This document shows, one piece after another, positions 51,992 to 64,000 of a DNA stretch of 64,000 nucleotides. Positions within the stretch are counted from its first letter, which is position 1. The number at the start of each line of letters is the position of its first letter. The notes below the pieces were generated by a model that worked only from the letters and a program-made list of their open reading frames with translations, was not told the DNA's origin and made no database searches. The position numbers were made by a program, and so were the translations under genes. Origin of the DNA: Perkinsus chesapeaki ATCC PRA-425 (taxonomy: Eukaryota > Protista > Perkinsozoa); NCBI GenBank assembly GCA_013115145.1, contig JAAPAO010000123.1, forward strand, positions 1-64,000. Reading direction: 5' to 3'.

Positions 51992-53773
51992 ATGCCTGGA
52001 AAAGCCATAGATGATGCCACTCAACTCGCTGAACTAGTAGAGGGACATTCGGACTTGGAGTTCAATGAGGAGAAAACGAAGATCAAGTGCATCTCGACAG
52101 GTGGGGAATCTTTATAGTGCGAAATGGTAAGCGTTGTGACAGGTCATGAGATGCCAATAACGTACCAAATTGTCCACGAATACGTGAATAGGCCCAAATA
52201 CTTGAAAGCGAGGAAGCTAGCTGAGGAAGGTGTGAGTGTGGATGAGGAGGTAAGTGGAGATGGATTGGTGTAGGGATGCAGAGGAGGAGGATGTTGCAGG
52301 TTGAAGAGTATAAGGACTATCTAATACAGCATCAAAGATACCGCCATTGCTACTTCTGTGTTGTCACACATAAGAGAGTCAATAAAGATCCGGATTCAGT
52401 TCACAAGTAGGTGGCAGGTGGTGTGGATTCCATCCGTCTGTCAACACTTTTTTCAATGTTGTTTTTGCATCATTTGAGCCGGAGATATTTTAGTGGCAAG
52501 TGGGCAGTTGCTGTCTCAGGCATTTAACCGGGAAGAAGTTCCAATATAAGCTGAAGGCATATAAAGAGAAACAGCAAGCGAAGAATGGAGCGGGCAAGTC
52601 TAAGGGCACCGCTGGCCAGGAGGAGGAAGATGAGGAGGAGGAGGAGGAGGATCTCAGTATAGAAGAAATGGATGCGATGTTCGGTGGCGACAGTGAAGAT
52701 GAAGGTGATGTGGCTGAGGGTAAGAGCGGGGATATCTCAGATGGGGCCTAGGTTTGCTCGATGTCGGTTATTATTATCTATTAAGATGTTTTCATGAATC
52801 TAAATAGTACTGATATTAACAATTATGATGTGTAAATGCATGTGATAGAATGATATATAATATTTATGGAAGGTGAATACATAGCGATATTAGAAAGCTT
52901 GTTAAATTGTTAGGTGATGTTGAGATGGAAGAAGAGGGTGAGGAGCCTGATGATGGGGGTGAAATAAATGACGGAGAGGAAGCTGCTGTGGAGGAAGAGG
53001 AAGCTGGTGATGAAGATGAGGAGGGAGAGAGAGCTGGTGATGAAGATGAGGAGGGAGAGGAATCTGGTGATGAAGATGAGGAGGGAGAGGAAGCTGGTGA
53101 TGAAGATGAAGAGGAGGAAGAAGAAGATGATGAAGAGGAAGGAATTGTAGACATAGAGGGCGATGAAGATAACGACAGCGATACTGGATTCCGTCCTACG
53201 GGAAAGGGAAAAGGAAAGGGGAAAGGTGGCAAAGGCAAAGGAAAAGGAAAGGGAAAAGGGAAGGGTAAAGGGAAGGGTAAAGGAAAGGGATTTGGCCGTG
53301 GCGAAGACAGCGATGAGAGTGGGAAAGGAGGGAAGGGAAAAGGGAAAGGGAAGGGAGGAAAAGGAAAGGGAAAGGGAAAGGGAAAAGGGAAGGGCTTCGG
53401 TGACAGTGATGGTGGAAAAGGAGGAAAAGGAAAAGGATATGCCCACCGCGATGACGATGACGCTTTCGAGAGTGGACAAGGAGGAAAAGGAAAGGGCAAG
53501 GGAAAGGGAGGAAAAGGCGGCAAAGCCAAAGGGAAGGGTAAAGGAAAGGGCTTTGGTCACAGTGAAGGTGGAAAAGGAAAGGGCTTTGGTCACAGTGAAG
53601 GTGGAAAAGGAAAGGGCTTCGGTCACAATGAAGGTGGAAAAGGAAAGGGTAAGGGTAAAGGAAAAGGAGTATTCGGTAAAGGAAAAGGAAGTCACGGTAA
53701 AGGAAAGGGTTTCAAGCGCGGCGCTGAGAGCCAAGAAATGGGTAATCCCTCTAAGAAATGGAGAACAGAGTAG
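51992..53773 (+). CDS. SURF2: SURF2-family protein with acidic tract and poly-Gly-Lys C-terminal tail
   Basis: KIKCISTGHEMP...YVNRPKY, CYFCVVTHKRVNKDPDSVHKHLTGKKFQ match SURF2 (VRCxLTGHELP...LFCxLT...HxxGxRY). The last exon holds AGDEDEEGE repeats and GKGKG runs. Confidence 0.8.
53003..53700 (+). repeat. Coding low-complexity repeats: 30-bp AGDEDEEGE(R/E) x4, poly-(GK), 33-bp GFGH(S/N)EGGKGK x3
   Basis: Directly visible in ORF 52907-53773. Confidence 0.9.
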
Positions 53774-53899
53774 TCCTTGTTGCTTCTAGTCGCCCAGCGG
53801 GTCTTAACGTCCATTACTGTTTCTATTATATCCCTGTAGTGTTGCCGTTGAGTATCGGTTAATATCACGACACTTGGTAGTTAATGAACATTTTGAGCC

Positions 53900-56513
53900 A
53901 TGGAACCTACTAGTCCAAATTGCTATGTATTCATATGCCGAGAACGCGATGGTGCTGTAGTGCCGTTGGAGGGGGAGGAACCTGCCAGTGAGTTCGGCAA
54001 TGATATTGGTGTGAGAGTTAAGGAAAGTGAGAGAAGTAGTACTCGGCTGGTGGCTTGTAGTAGGCTCAGTCTGTGGTAGGGCATACGTATCATCGAACTG
54101 AGTATGCATCTGGACTCTGATGGCTGAGTGGTCCAAATGGATACTTCCATATATGACAATTTTCTACCTGTTTTGAGATGTGCCTTGACATGGTCAGGCG
54201 TATATAGTACCAACTGGCCGACCAAGGGAGGCAGTAGTGTAAATGTGTATTTCGTCCACGCTCGGTATATAAAGGGGGATACTTTTCCATCCTCGTGACT
54301 CCACAGCGCATGTGAGACCTGACAGGGTTACGGTTAAATGCGATCATTTGGTTTAGTAGTGCATCTGTGGAATTACTCGTTTATCGGTAACTAGTGGTAT
54401 TGTCTATAACAGGTTCATATTATGATGCTACGAGGTTAACTATAACAACGCATCGTATATGGTGGCGGCATGCTGGACAATGGAAATGTGAGGACGGTTT
54501 ATGTGTGGGGGATGTCGAAAGCATCAGGCAGCGTTGGCAATTTCTGCTGCATATTCCCCTATTAGGCTTCGGCGCCAAGGCCCGAACTTAATCCATTGAT
54601 AGCTTACTTGGTTACCAGTTTGTAGCCCTGTTCTGCCTAATTGAGGAGCTCGTTTGAAACTTTTTTTACTAAGACCTTGTACTTTTAGTATTTATTGCTA
54701 TATGTTCAAAGCTTGTCAACCTTCGAATTTCAGAACAAAACTCTCAAAATTGGCCGAGAAATAAATTTTTTCGCGATTTGCCTAAGGAAAATGCACGGTC
54801 CTTAGAGATAGGCAATAGACATCCTTTTTATATGACATACCTTTCAGCAGCACCCTCCATATCAGGTATACGACTGGATCAAGTTGATTCCGTTAGAGTT
54901 AAAGGAGGCTATTTTAGAGATGCCAAGCTGTAGGCGGATTTCTCATGGCTGTATATATAGCGTCTCTGCAGCTTCATGACATTTTGGGGTCATCCAGGAG
55001 ATGGTTTGAGTATCAGAGGCACGTGTTCGGCCGATGCTGAGCGGCTGAATGCTATAGTGAGCGAGCTAGTAAGCATCGAAAGGAAGGTACATCGCAGGAA
55101 AATGCGTCTCAGTTACGAAGGCAGAGTTGGAGTGCTTCCCCATCCTACGAGCCCCGTGGTGGTCAAATCGGCGGTATTGGACGGCTGCTGCAGCGTAGAG
55201 AGAAACAAATGCAAGAGGATAAGAGGAATGTAAATGAAGGTATGAGAGTCTCAGAGTTGTGTTGTGAGTTAGGGGTGTATTTATTTAGGGCTGTCTGATC
55301 TTCGATCGCTCCAGGCAAGCGCATCGGATCTTGTACAACTAGCCAGGAGGCTTCAGCGCGATGAAAAGGATGATCCAACCCAGGTGAGATCTAGGGAGAG
55401 TATCTCCACTGGCTGTTGCCTTTACTATTGTCGGGAAAGCCTTAGGGGCAAATCGATAATACAAGCCTCAATTGTTTGGAATAGGCAAGTTGTCGTGGCT
55501 CTCCGTAATGACAAAAATCTTCCTATTGTGCAGTTTTTGAGCATTTTACGCAGTCCCTTGTAGGTTGGATCCCTTCTAAAGGAGTACGGTTTAGCCAGCG
55601 ATGAGGATGGTGCAGCGGCGCCCACTGCAACATACCAGCATGTCATCCAGCTCTGCTGCACAGCCCTCACTAAGGGCAACAAATCCTGTGGGATTATGTT
55701 ACTGCAAGATGCGTGAGACGATCATGATGATGATGATGGGAAGTGTTGCTGCCTTAGATACTGTTTGGTGAACCGAGCGTTAGGTTTTGATCTCATCTCA
55801 CCGCGGACACTTCTACAGTGCCTCAAAGTTGAGGCATCCCGACCCGATCGCAAGGTCACCATACGGCCCTTTCGAGATGGAACATTCCTTGCAGTAAGAG
55901 GAAGCTCCAAGCATTTAGTTTCCGACTTTACCGTTATTGAGGGTCCCACGTACAAGCTGGTGCTCTGAGACTTATCGACTCGGGCGATCAATCGCTTTAT
56001 CCGTATGCGAGGCCTCGGCGTTGCAACCTTTGCAATAGCAAGCTATAAACTTTGGTCAGAAGTTCAATACTCACGAGGAGGCTTTTGTGAGACGACACCT
56101 CCGCGGTCCCTCGAGATATGATGAATAAATTATTCTATTGAAACTCAGACTTTACCGTGGGGCTCGCTTGACAAGCTGGACTAGTGGCTTTGGGTGACGA
56201 AAGGTTTCTTGCTCTGTCAGGTAGCGTTGCCGAACTTTTCGACCGGCGAGACCTGCAAACGCTTGAGAGATGAAGTATTACCTACATGGAAGGACAGCGT
56301 CGGACCGTTGGAACTTGCTGGTATATGGAAAAGTGAGCAACTCATTATTTTGGGGACTTCGCTTTTTTATTCACCATTTCAGTTTCTCCATCTCTCGCGA
56401 CGATCCTTCTAACTGAAGCCACTAATCTCGGCGTCCTAGTGGCTGATGTGTCAATTGAAGGCGATCGTTGGCAGCGGAACATGTTTGTTGAGGGCGGCGT
56501 TAGCGCTCGTTGA
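53900..56513 (+). CDS. VPS36: ESCRT-II subunit VPS36 (start tentative)
   Basis: GLUE-like LTITTHRIWW, GGIGRLLQRREKQMQEDKRN, LSDLRSLQASASDLVQLAR, CGIMLLQDA|YCLVNRALGFDLISP, and LLTEATNLGVLVADVSIEGDRWQRNMF, matching VPS36 GGIMSLTEVYCLVNRARG and GHLCRDDSVEGLRFYPNLF. Confidence 0.85.
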
Positions 56514-56743
56514 CTGACAGTGTTATTTTTCTAACTCGTGTTACTGTATCTTTGCGTTGCAATGACTCACAGCCGTTTCATCCCTCTGGTCTTGTGTAGT
56601 CAATCAATCTGTCATACAACGAAAGTAGTTCTAGGTCTACTGATTATTATCATATCTTCGAACCGCTTGGGGAGGCGGAGCGGCGCTCCGGCGAAGGCTA
56701 GGTCAAACTTCAACATAGTTATTTCTGAGTCTCGTAACTCTGA

Positions 56744-58521
56744 ATGCCGCCGCGCAAGCGCATGCGAGCTGAATCGAGAGTTCCCATGGCGAAGGCCGCT
56801 GCAAAGTCCTCGAGAGTTCCCATGGCGAAGGCCGCTGCAAAGTCCACGAGAGATCCTGGGACGAGCAGCTCATCGTCTGTACCACCTGTTCTGCTGTCAA
56901 GCGTAACGCACGCACCGACACCGCAACAACTTCGAGCTGTTAACGAGTTTCAAGAGGAACTGTCCAAAACACAGAGAGCGTTCAATGGCGGGTAGCTTAA
57001 AGAAACTACCAGTAGCCAGAGGTATGTGAATCTTCAGTCCGACTCAGCATTCTCCAACAACCAACAGTAGTCTCGACGAAGTTATCGACCTTCAACTGAA
57101 GGCTGTGCCCTCTAGTAGCTCCCTGGTCACCGTCGGTCTCGATACCAGGTGAGCACTTTTTGATCACGTCCGGAACGGACGCCGCCTCAGGACACCGCCA
57201 GTAAAGAGTAACAAATCCAAATCACCATACGTATTCCGCTCGTCAGAACAAGTGGCGAGGCTGCTCAATCTCCAGTGTGAGGTGGAAAAGGGCATCTTTC
57301 CTCAGCGAAAGAGGAGCTTGATTTAGATGAGAGAATGGCTTGCCTGCCCGCATCCTGATGTGCCCGCAGCCACACTGGTTGTCGTTTTCGGCCCCTCGCA
57401 GCTTGAAAAGTTACAGAAGCTCTTGGAGTCCGAAACCATGAGAGTTGGGTTCGGTCTGAGGCTTGCTGTCACTCACAGGCATGACATTGGGGCACTAAGG
57501 CAGGTGAGAGCTTCTCGTGCTTCAGCCGTAGTTCCCACTTGATTGTCACAGCGAATTGCTAATAGCGATTTATAACAGATTTACGCCACACTCATACATT
57601 TCGGTATCTGCTGTGCAATGCTATCTAGTGGGAACTGGATTCATGTAGGAGGCCGGTCGAATCGATTGGCAATGGCCGAGGTGCTGATCCGGCTTGCTAG
57701 TTTTGTGTAACAGTGTTGCTAGGTCTTATCACCTAACAAATCCAAGTCAACGGTGTGTACAGTCGGGGCGTCGATGCTGACTACTCTGCAGTGCGTTTCA
57801 GCGCAAGGTGAGAGCGATCCGCAAGCTCTTTCCAAAAAGCGGACGGCTCCCTGCGGCCGTGTATCTTTTCACTGATAAGTTCTCAGGGCTCTTCCACCTA
57901 CAAATATCTCCTGCAACATTCCGAGTAGTCAAGCCAGACTTCTCATCGAGGAATCCTGTAGATTTGCAGCACTCCCGTTGTGTCTTGTTACCGCATTTAA
58001 GCGAGGCTGCAATTGTTGGCTATGGAGCAGCACCAAACCCTCACCCCGGGCTCCAGTCCAAAGAAGACCTTATACGTTACTGGAGATACCTCCACGGTTA
58101 CGAGCTGCCTGACGATGCTGCCGAGAGGAGCGTTCAAGTTCAATTCCCCCGAGGCTCGCTAGTTCTCACGTACCCTCTGGGCTGCGTCTGGGCAAACAAC
58201 TGGACCTATCTCCCGGCTAAGACGGCCCAGTTCGGTCAGCGGCTCAATCAAGAAGTCAAAGACACAATCCAGGAAATTCTGGAGGAATGGTCTCATCATT
58301 CTGGTCTTGTGGTGGAGCTTCGCAATCATGGTGTTAACTTGGCGGCTCCGAGCACTTCAAGTACGCCACATAAGGCTTCTGATATAGCCCCCGAGCATGC
58401 GTCTGGTGTCAACGATGACGATATCTGGAACGGTTTGCTCCCCGATGTAGAGCAGAACCTTGAAGAGCCTGCTGTCGGAGGGCAGCGGAAACGTGGTCGC
58501 CCTCAGAAGAGACGGCCGTAG
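56744..58521 (+). CDS. C18orf63: C18orf63/DUF4708-family protein with basic N-terminus and C-terminal AT-hook
   Basis: RCVLLPHL...LIRYWRYLHGYELP...LTYPLGCV matches recalled C18orf63 motifs (CYVLPSM, HWDALYGYKLP, FTYPLSCI). N-terminus PPRKRMR plus SRVPMAKAAAKS x2; C-terminus RKRGRPQKRRP*. Confidence 0.75.
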
Positions 58522-58925
58522 CTTTAGCTTCAAGCTAATAGCTTTGACATTTTAGGCATATACTTTCCCCTATGTCCTTGGTGGTTGCCTACTCACTGTT
58601 GCCGGCTTTTGATCGGTATTTGGCAGACCAATGCTTCTCACTTCAATGTGGGACTTCGCATGTTCATCCTAATATCTGCAAAGCTGTTGTTTGCGTTACA
58701 AAAAATATTACAGTAGTTTGAGCTGAGGTAAAGTATCGCATCCAGTGGTATTGGAATAGTAGCTTAGGGAATCACAACGATGCTCTGGTGTGAGCAGGCG
58801 CCCTACTTCGGGTGCTCGTGGGGCGCTTGTCAAATGACCCAGGGCTTGGATCTCATTCGAACTTTGAAGATAGCGGAACAGTCCGGTTCCAGCTCGCCTA
58901 AAAAGATGCAGGTGCTCTATAAGTT

Positions 58926-60256
58926 ATGACGATAGCACTGCTTCGCATCATTGTGATTACCGCCTGTACCTCTGCCACGTTCCCTAGGAAGGAGCAGGAT
59001 ATTGCTCTGCCTGAAAGTCACCGCACCTTGCTCTGGCCTACCCTCCTTGAGACGGTCAACTTGTCTGAAGTAATTGGCTCTAAGTTCGCGCCTGCGATCG
59101 CAGAAGCTTCGGAAGAAACATATAGGATTTTCCTGGAAGAACGCCGCCATCGGCTTGAGGGTGAGAAAACTACTGAGAACAATACAGGTGGGTGAACCAC
59201 CTTGGGTGTGACGATTTACTCTACCTTCCGCCGGTAGGAACATCACCCGACAACGTATGCATTTATGCTCGCCTTATTCCGGTTTTTGCAAAATGCAAGG
59301 TGTGGGAAGTTAGTATTTGTGTTGTCTTAGTTAACTCGGGTATTGTTAACGACGACTTCTATCATTGGCAAATGGCCTTGCCGGTTGACAAAAGACCGCT
59401 AGAGAAGACTCCTGAGTAACCCCACCCTTTACTTCGCCACCATCACTGTCGCCCTAGATTTGCTCAGCTAGTAGCTACCATAGATCGCCTAGTGAAACGT
59501 TATCTCGAGCATGCAGGGGGCAACCGTGAGGAAATCTCGAGAAAGAGGTAACGTCGCCTCCGGTCGCTTCAATGGTTCCGAGGAAGACTTAACTGTCAGA
59601 TTGAGTATGAGTTACTGGACGGCAGTTCACTTTGCGAATGAGTACCACAGCCCACACACGCATACTGGGCAGGATTGTGTCGCGGTTTTCTATGCAAAAG
59701 TTGCCGAAGGGCCAGGCAATGGGAAACTTGTTTTGATGGATCCAAGGGGACAAGTTCCACCGTTTGGACGAACAGTCAGCAAATGGCCTATAAAAATGTG
59801 AAGGAAACGTTCGAATGTCAGGTATCAATCGATGTGTATCCAGGACAGCTGGTTATATTTCCGAGCTGGCTCAACCATATGGTTTCACCAACCACGGGAT
59901 CGAGTGACGCAGGTGAGCAAGTCGTATGAAGTCTCATCGTGCGCCTCGAATGTGATTTGTAGCTGAAGTGTAGCAGATGTATCTTCTGATTCGAGCTCTT
60001 CTTTTGTGGTACTATTAACATTACTGCTTATCTGTGAATAGGTTCGCAGCGTAGAGTTATGATCGCATTCAACGTCCAAGATTCGCGTTATCCCGGAGAC
60101 ATACCTAGTACCTTGTGGCATAAAGATGTACCCTCCTCATTACAGGTTCCGTGGATGGTGGAAGAAGGCTCGTCACGAAGATGTAAGTCCTGGTGTTGTC
60201 CTTGGAAGTGCCTTCGAGAGCGTGCCACAGGTCATACCCCCAGTGACGAGCTGTAA
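58926..60256 (+). CDS. 2OG-Fe(II) oxygenase-like protein (TIGR02466-type) with signal peptide
   Basis: SYWTAVHFANEYHSPHTH, VAVFYAKV, LVLMDPRG, PGQLVIFPSWLNHMVSP, RRVMIAFNV; hydrophobic N-terminus MTIALLRIIVITACTSA. Confidence 0.8.
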
Positions 60257-61103
60257 AGCATTTGGCGGCCTAACATTCTCATGAACCATGCTTCTTGTAT
60301 AAAGCGCCGTCATAAGAAGTGCAACCCGTTGTTGTGTTTCATAAAGTATTGAGATTATTTCCGTGACATTCATACCTGATATCACACGTAACAGTGTACA
60401 CAAGCCGGTGGCACTGGAATGCTAGACAGAAGTAGGGGAAAGCAAAACATCCACAAAGGCATTATTCCTTTGCATGGTTAATATGTAGCAAGGATGCACG
60501 CATATTCACTGTGGACAACCAAACGGTCACAACTGCCCTGGCGTCACAGAAGAACCTCTCAAACAAATGAAACGACAGAAAGAGTATGCTAGAACTCACA
60601 AGTAGCAGGCTTCGAGCCGTCAACGTATACTGCACAGCACAGTACTCCACAGTATCATTTCGATCGACGGAGTTATACCACGTAACGAAGATGGAGCCCT
60701 CCCGTAAAATGACATGCGTGCTGCCTGGCAGTCCGAGCTCCTGCTATCGTACCTGGGAGCTTTGCCGCCTCCCTGCTAACCACTACTTAGCCTGCGGTAT
60801 ATAGCCTTTGGGATTGTGTCGCCAGAGGCGGATATCGTCTACTGATAGTATCAACTGTTGCATAGACTACGACTCCGGGTCAGTGACACTGACTCTTCCG
60901 TCCAAGTGAGATCATATATCCAGGGCCATAATATAAATTATTGAATATTTGTACTCCATGGGATGGATTCATCCCAGTGCGATGTGAAAATGAATCATGA
61001 GGAGTATTTAGTTACTGGATTCTCGAACGTTTTTTACTAAACTTCGCTGAGCAGGCCGTGTATGCGTTAATGCTGCTTCATCCTTATTTGCTCCGCCTTT
61101 AGA

Positions 61104-63402
61104 ATGAGACTCGCCATACTATTGGGTTTGCTGATATGCATAGCCACGGTTCATCCAATCGTAGGCTTGTGCGACGACGACGTGAAGCAGCTGTTCGGTT
61201 ACTTACCTGGCGGTTCTGATGCCAAGTAGAGCGTGTTTTGGATTATCGATGCCACCTTCCATGCCTTCAGACTCTTCTACTGGTTTTTCGAATCCCGTCA
61301 CGATCCTATTGCAAGTCCCACCCTCATCTTTTTCCAGGGAGGGCCTGGAGGCAGCAGTATGTACTCGCTTACTTCGGGCAACGGGGGACCGTGTATACTC
61401 AACCGGCCAGGAAACGGTACATCACTGAATGTGTAAGTGAATTTGGGGCTACCTCAGCGGACATATCGTTGTATAACATAGTCCAGGTACTCGTATAACA
61501 CGTTTGCCAATGTGATGTACATCGACCAACCTTCTCCGACAGGTTTCAGTGAAGGGGGGACTCCAACTGACTCGGTCGAAGCGGCGAAGTCTACGTAAAT
61601 ACTTGCGCTCCTACCGACCAGACATCTCCTGGTTCAGTTTTCTGGCATTGAGTATTTTCTTCAACAAGTATCCAATATATAATACAGCAGTATTCTACAT
61701 TGGTCAGTCCTATGCAGGTGGGTTTCGCGAAATATAGCTTCTAACTCCGACTTAGCCTGCATTTTGGGCTCATTGGCAGGTCATTTTATTCCGCCCTTGG
61801 CCAGCTTTACTTGCGTATATACAGGATTGCATCAGTACGAAGGACAAGACAATATGCAAGGCCGCGTTAAACGAATACTGGAGGAAGTTCGTGGTACCAG
61901 TAGACCGAAAAAGGATCAATACGTACGTGTCACGTACTACGTGATGAAGCATTCACTTGCACGTGACGAGTACATTCATGCCTCCTGAGATTCATGCTGT
62001 GCCCGTGGTTTATCGGATTCGTATGCGCAGGGCGAATTGTTAATTGTAGGTACGATCTCAGCAAATATTGTACCGAGCCCCCACCTGAATGTGAATACCT
62101 AGAGAACGTGAGCTGGGCAATCCATTCGGTATTCGAAATGATATTGGTTGTACCATACATGTGTACTTTTTGAAGACAGCAAATAGTCAGCGATTCTTCT
62201 TTGACGGGTATGGTTGAGTAATTCAACGTGAATTCCCAAGTCCGCTATCTCTCTACGGTTTTTTGTCCACAAACTGTGAGATACGATTAAAATTCCGTTT
62301 ATGTCGTGTCGGTGGTGCCTATTGGAAGTCGTCATAAGTTTCCTAGATTAAGGTCGATGATTTGACGCACGTACGCGTGCACAAAGAGCTAGTAAATTGA
62401 GCCTACTTCCGCCCGAGTATCTCGCTCCACCACTCATGTGAGCCCCATTGTGGTCCTCTTCAGTACCCCAGGTACTTCAATAGCAAAAAAGTGCAACGTT
62501 ATCTTGGTGTACACAAGAAGTGGAAGCTCGCTGAGCCTGAGGTGAAAAGCCCTTACGTTCTTGCACTCCAGTAATAGCTTCATATTCGGAAGCTATCTTG
62601 GCGGCCTGGGAGCTACAAACTGGGTATCAGTGGATTTATCATTGTGCAGGTGGACGAGGCTTTCAACGTCGACCCATTGATCGACTACAGTGCGGATCTG
62701 GCAGCGATCTTGGATGGAGGTCTACGGGTGGGTCGTTCGCCGTATTCTCTTAAGTGTGACTCAAGTCTTCTACGGCTCTCGCAGAAGTGTCGCGGTAACG
62801 AAGCAGTGTCGCTTATGCTATGAACAACGGCTCATACGCTTTCATCCGTCTCTCGTATTCTTTAAGCTATATAGGGTATCCCAGAAGTTATAGCCATGGC
62901 ATGAGTTGAGTAGAAATGATATATTCCTCGTCTATCAGGTCATGATCTATGCCGGAGACCAAGACTATATATGCAACTGGATTGGAAATCGCGACGTGTC
63001 TCTGGGGATTCAGTGGTCCGGTCACGATGGATTCTCCAAGGCGAATGATGAGCCTTGCCTTGTAAGAAACATAGTCGCTTACTTGTTCGAACTACGAATC
63101 TTTTCGGTGGCTTAAGTATCAGCACTGATTCAGTACGGAATGACTCAACTCTAGTGAACCATGTCTCCACAGAATAATCCGATTCTGCTTATGTGCACAC
63201 GCCAACGATCCTGTTTCAGCTTCCAAATAGGAAACAATATGGAGAAATCAGAAGATTCACTTCTACAATCACAGGTGGACAACTCAGCTTTGCTCGGATC
63301 TTCAAAGCTGGTCATAATGCTGCCAAGGACTCTCCAGCAGGGGTGCTTAAGCTTGTCTCAGACTTTGTCATGGGTCGGAGTCTTAGCCAATTCGTGGTCT
63401 AA
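61104..63402 (+). pseudogene. Serine carboxypeptidase S10 with apparent internal deletion and frameshift near 61800
   Basis: Signal peptide, LFYWFFESR, GGPGGSS, YIDQPSPTGFS, GQSYAG|[17 protein letters not shown] and KAGHN are present, but the downstream exons are in the +1 frame and the NLxGxxIGNG segment is missing. Confidence 0.7.
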
Positions 63403-64000
63403 GCCTCAATTTTATTTATATGATGCGTGTATCGGGGCTGATCTAGTTCGGCCCCGTAGTCCAGACATAGCGTTTGGCACACATCAACGGTTACCGTCTT
63501 GTCCTTTAAGGACAGTCCTTGTATCGCAGAAAAGTATAAGTAGTTGCGTTTTAATCCAGTCTTAAAAGTCCTCGTCTAAACTGAGAGACGCGCCACAGCT
63601 ATTAGGAGAACAGTGCGACTGTATCAAACGAGACTGAAATTCGTTATCCATGCCGCATGGACCATGCGTATTCGATGATCGATTACACATATTCGTGCAT
63701 GCTCTCAACGAGAGCGTCTTATCATGAGGCTTACAGGACGAATCCCGTGCTCCCATTGCTTATGCTACGGTACCAATAAGTAACGGAGGTTTTAGACAGA
63801 GCTAGCCTGAATTACTACATGCGGCAAACCGGGTGGCCGGTGGAAAGAAAAATAGCGATTCTTTCGTGCTATTTTTCTCCCAGAAAGATACGAAAAATAC
63901 CAAAAATAAGGAATAATAGAGAAAAACAGAAAAATCATGCTGAAACAGGATTGGAGTCATTAGTTATGCGCATCATAGAGATGGGGCATGCGATAAGAGT

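Noticed and set aside
52864-53734. Long minus-strand Pro/Phe- and Ser/Leu-rich ORFs
   Set aside because: They are antisense shadows of the purine-rich acidic and GK repeats in SURF2.
60173-60403. Minus-strand ORF with kinase-like MVHENVRPPN
   Set aside because: No other kinase motifs are nearby, and it overlaps the oxygenase 3' end in antisense.
63431-63454. GC-rich hairpin downstream of the carboxypeptidase stop
   Set aside because: A short stem with no U tract and no recurrence; bacterial-type terminators are not expected here.

Overview
Gene-dense, intron-rich eukaryotic nuclear DNA using the standard code. Most introns I traced are short (about 45-70 nt) GT-AG. Gene content and structure point to a Perkinsus-like alveolate (inference). 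I rebuilt about 20 spliced genes by eye, so exon boundaries are approximate unless stated. A minus-strand run (AlaRS, RPN6, MOB4, a hypothetical gene, DDX20-like) lies head-to-head with a plus-strand run (a hypothetical gene, PP2C, a long uS5m-like gene, Mei2-like, and a giant secreted protein with a GPI-type tail). A second minus-strand run holds a mitochondrial VNTR protein, a hypothetical gene, two tandem ABHD12-like hydrolases, a NIPA-like transporter and a membrane protein. A final plus-strand run holds HAS1/DDX18, a SURF2 with a poly-Gly-Lys tail, VPS36, a C18orf63/DUF4708 protein with an AT-hook, a secreted 2OG-Fe(II) oxygenase and a frameshifted S10 carboxypeptidase. There are three minisatellites, two of them broken by N gaps. 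I found no tRNA, rRNA, CRISPR or autonomous transposon. Best leads: the DUF4708/AT-hook protein, the giant GPI-type surface protein, the SURF2 GK tail, an inverted copy of a micro-exon with its splice sites, a structured RPN6 intron, and a second class of 330-430 nt introns, one of which hides a possible antisense gene.
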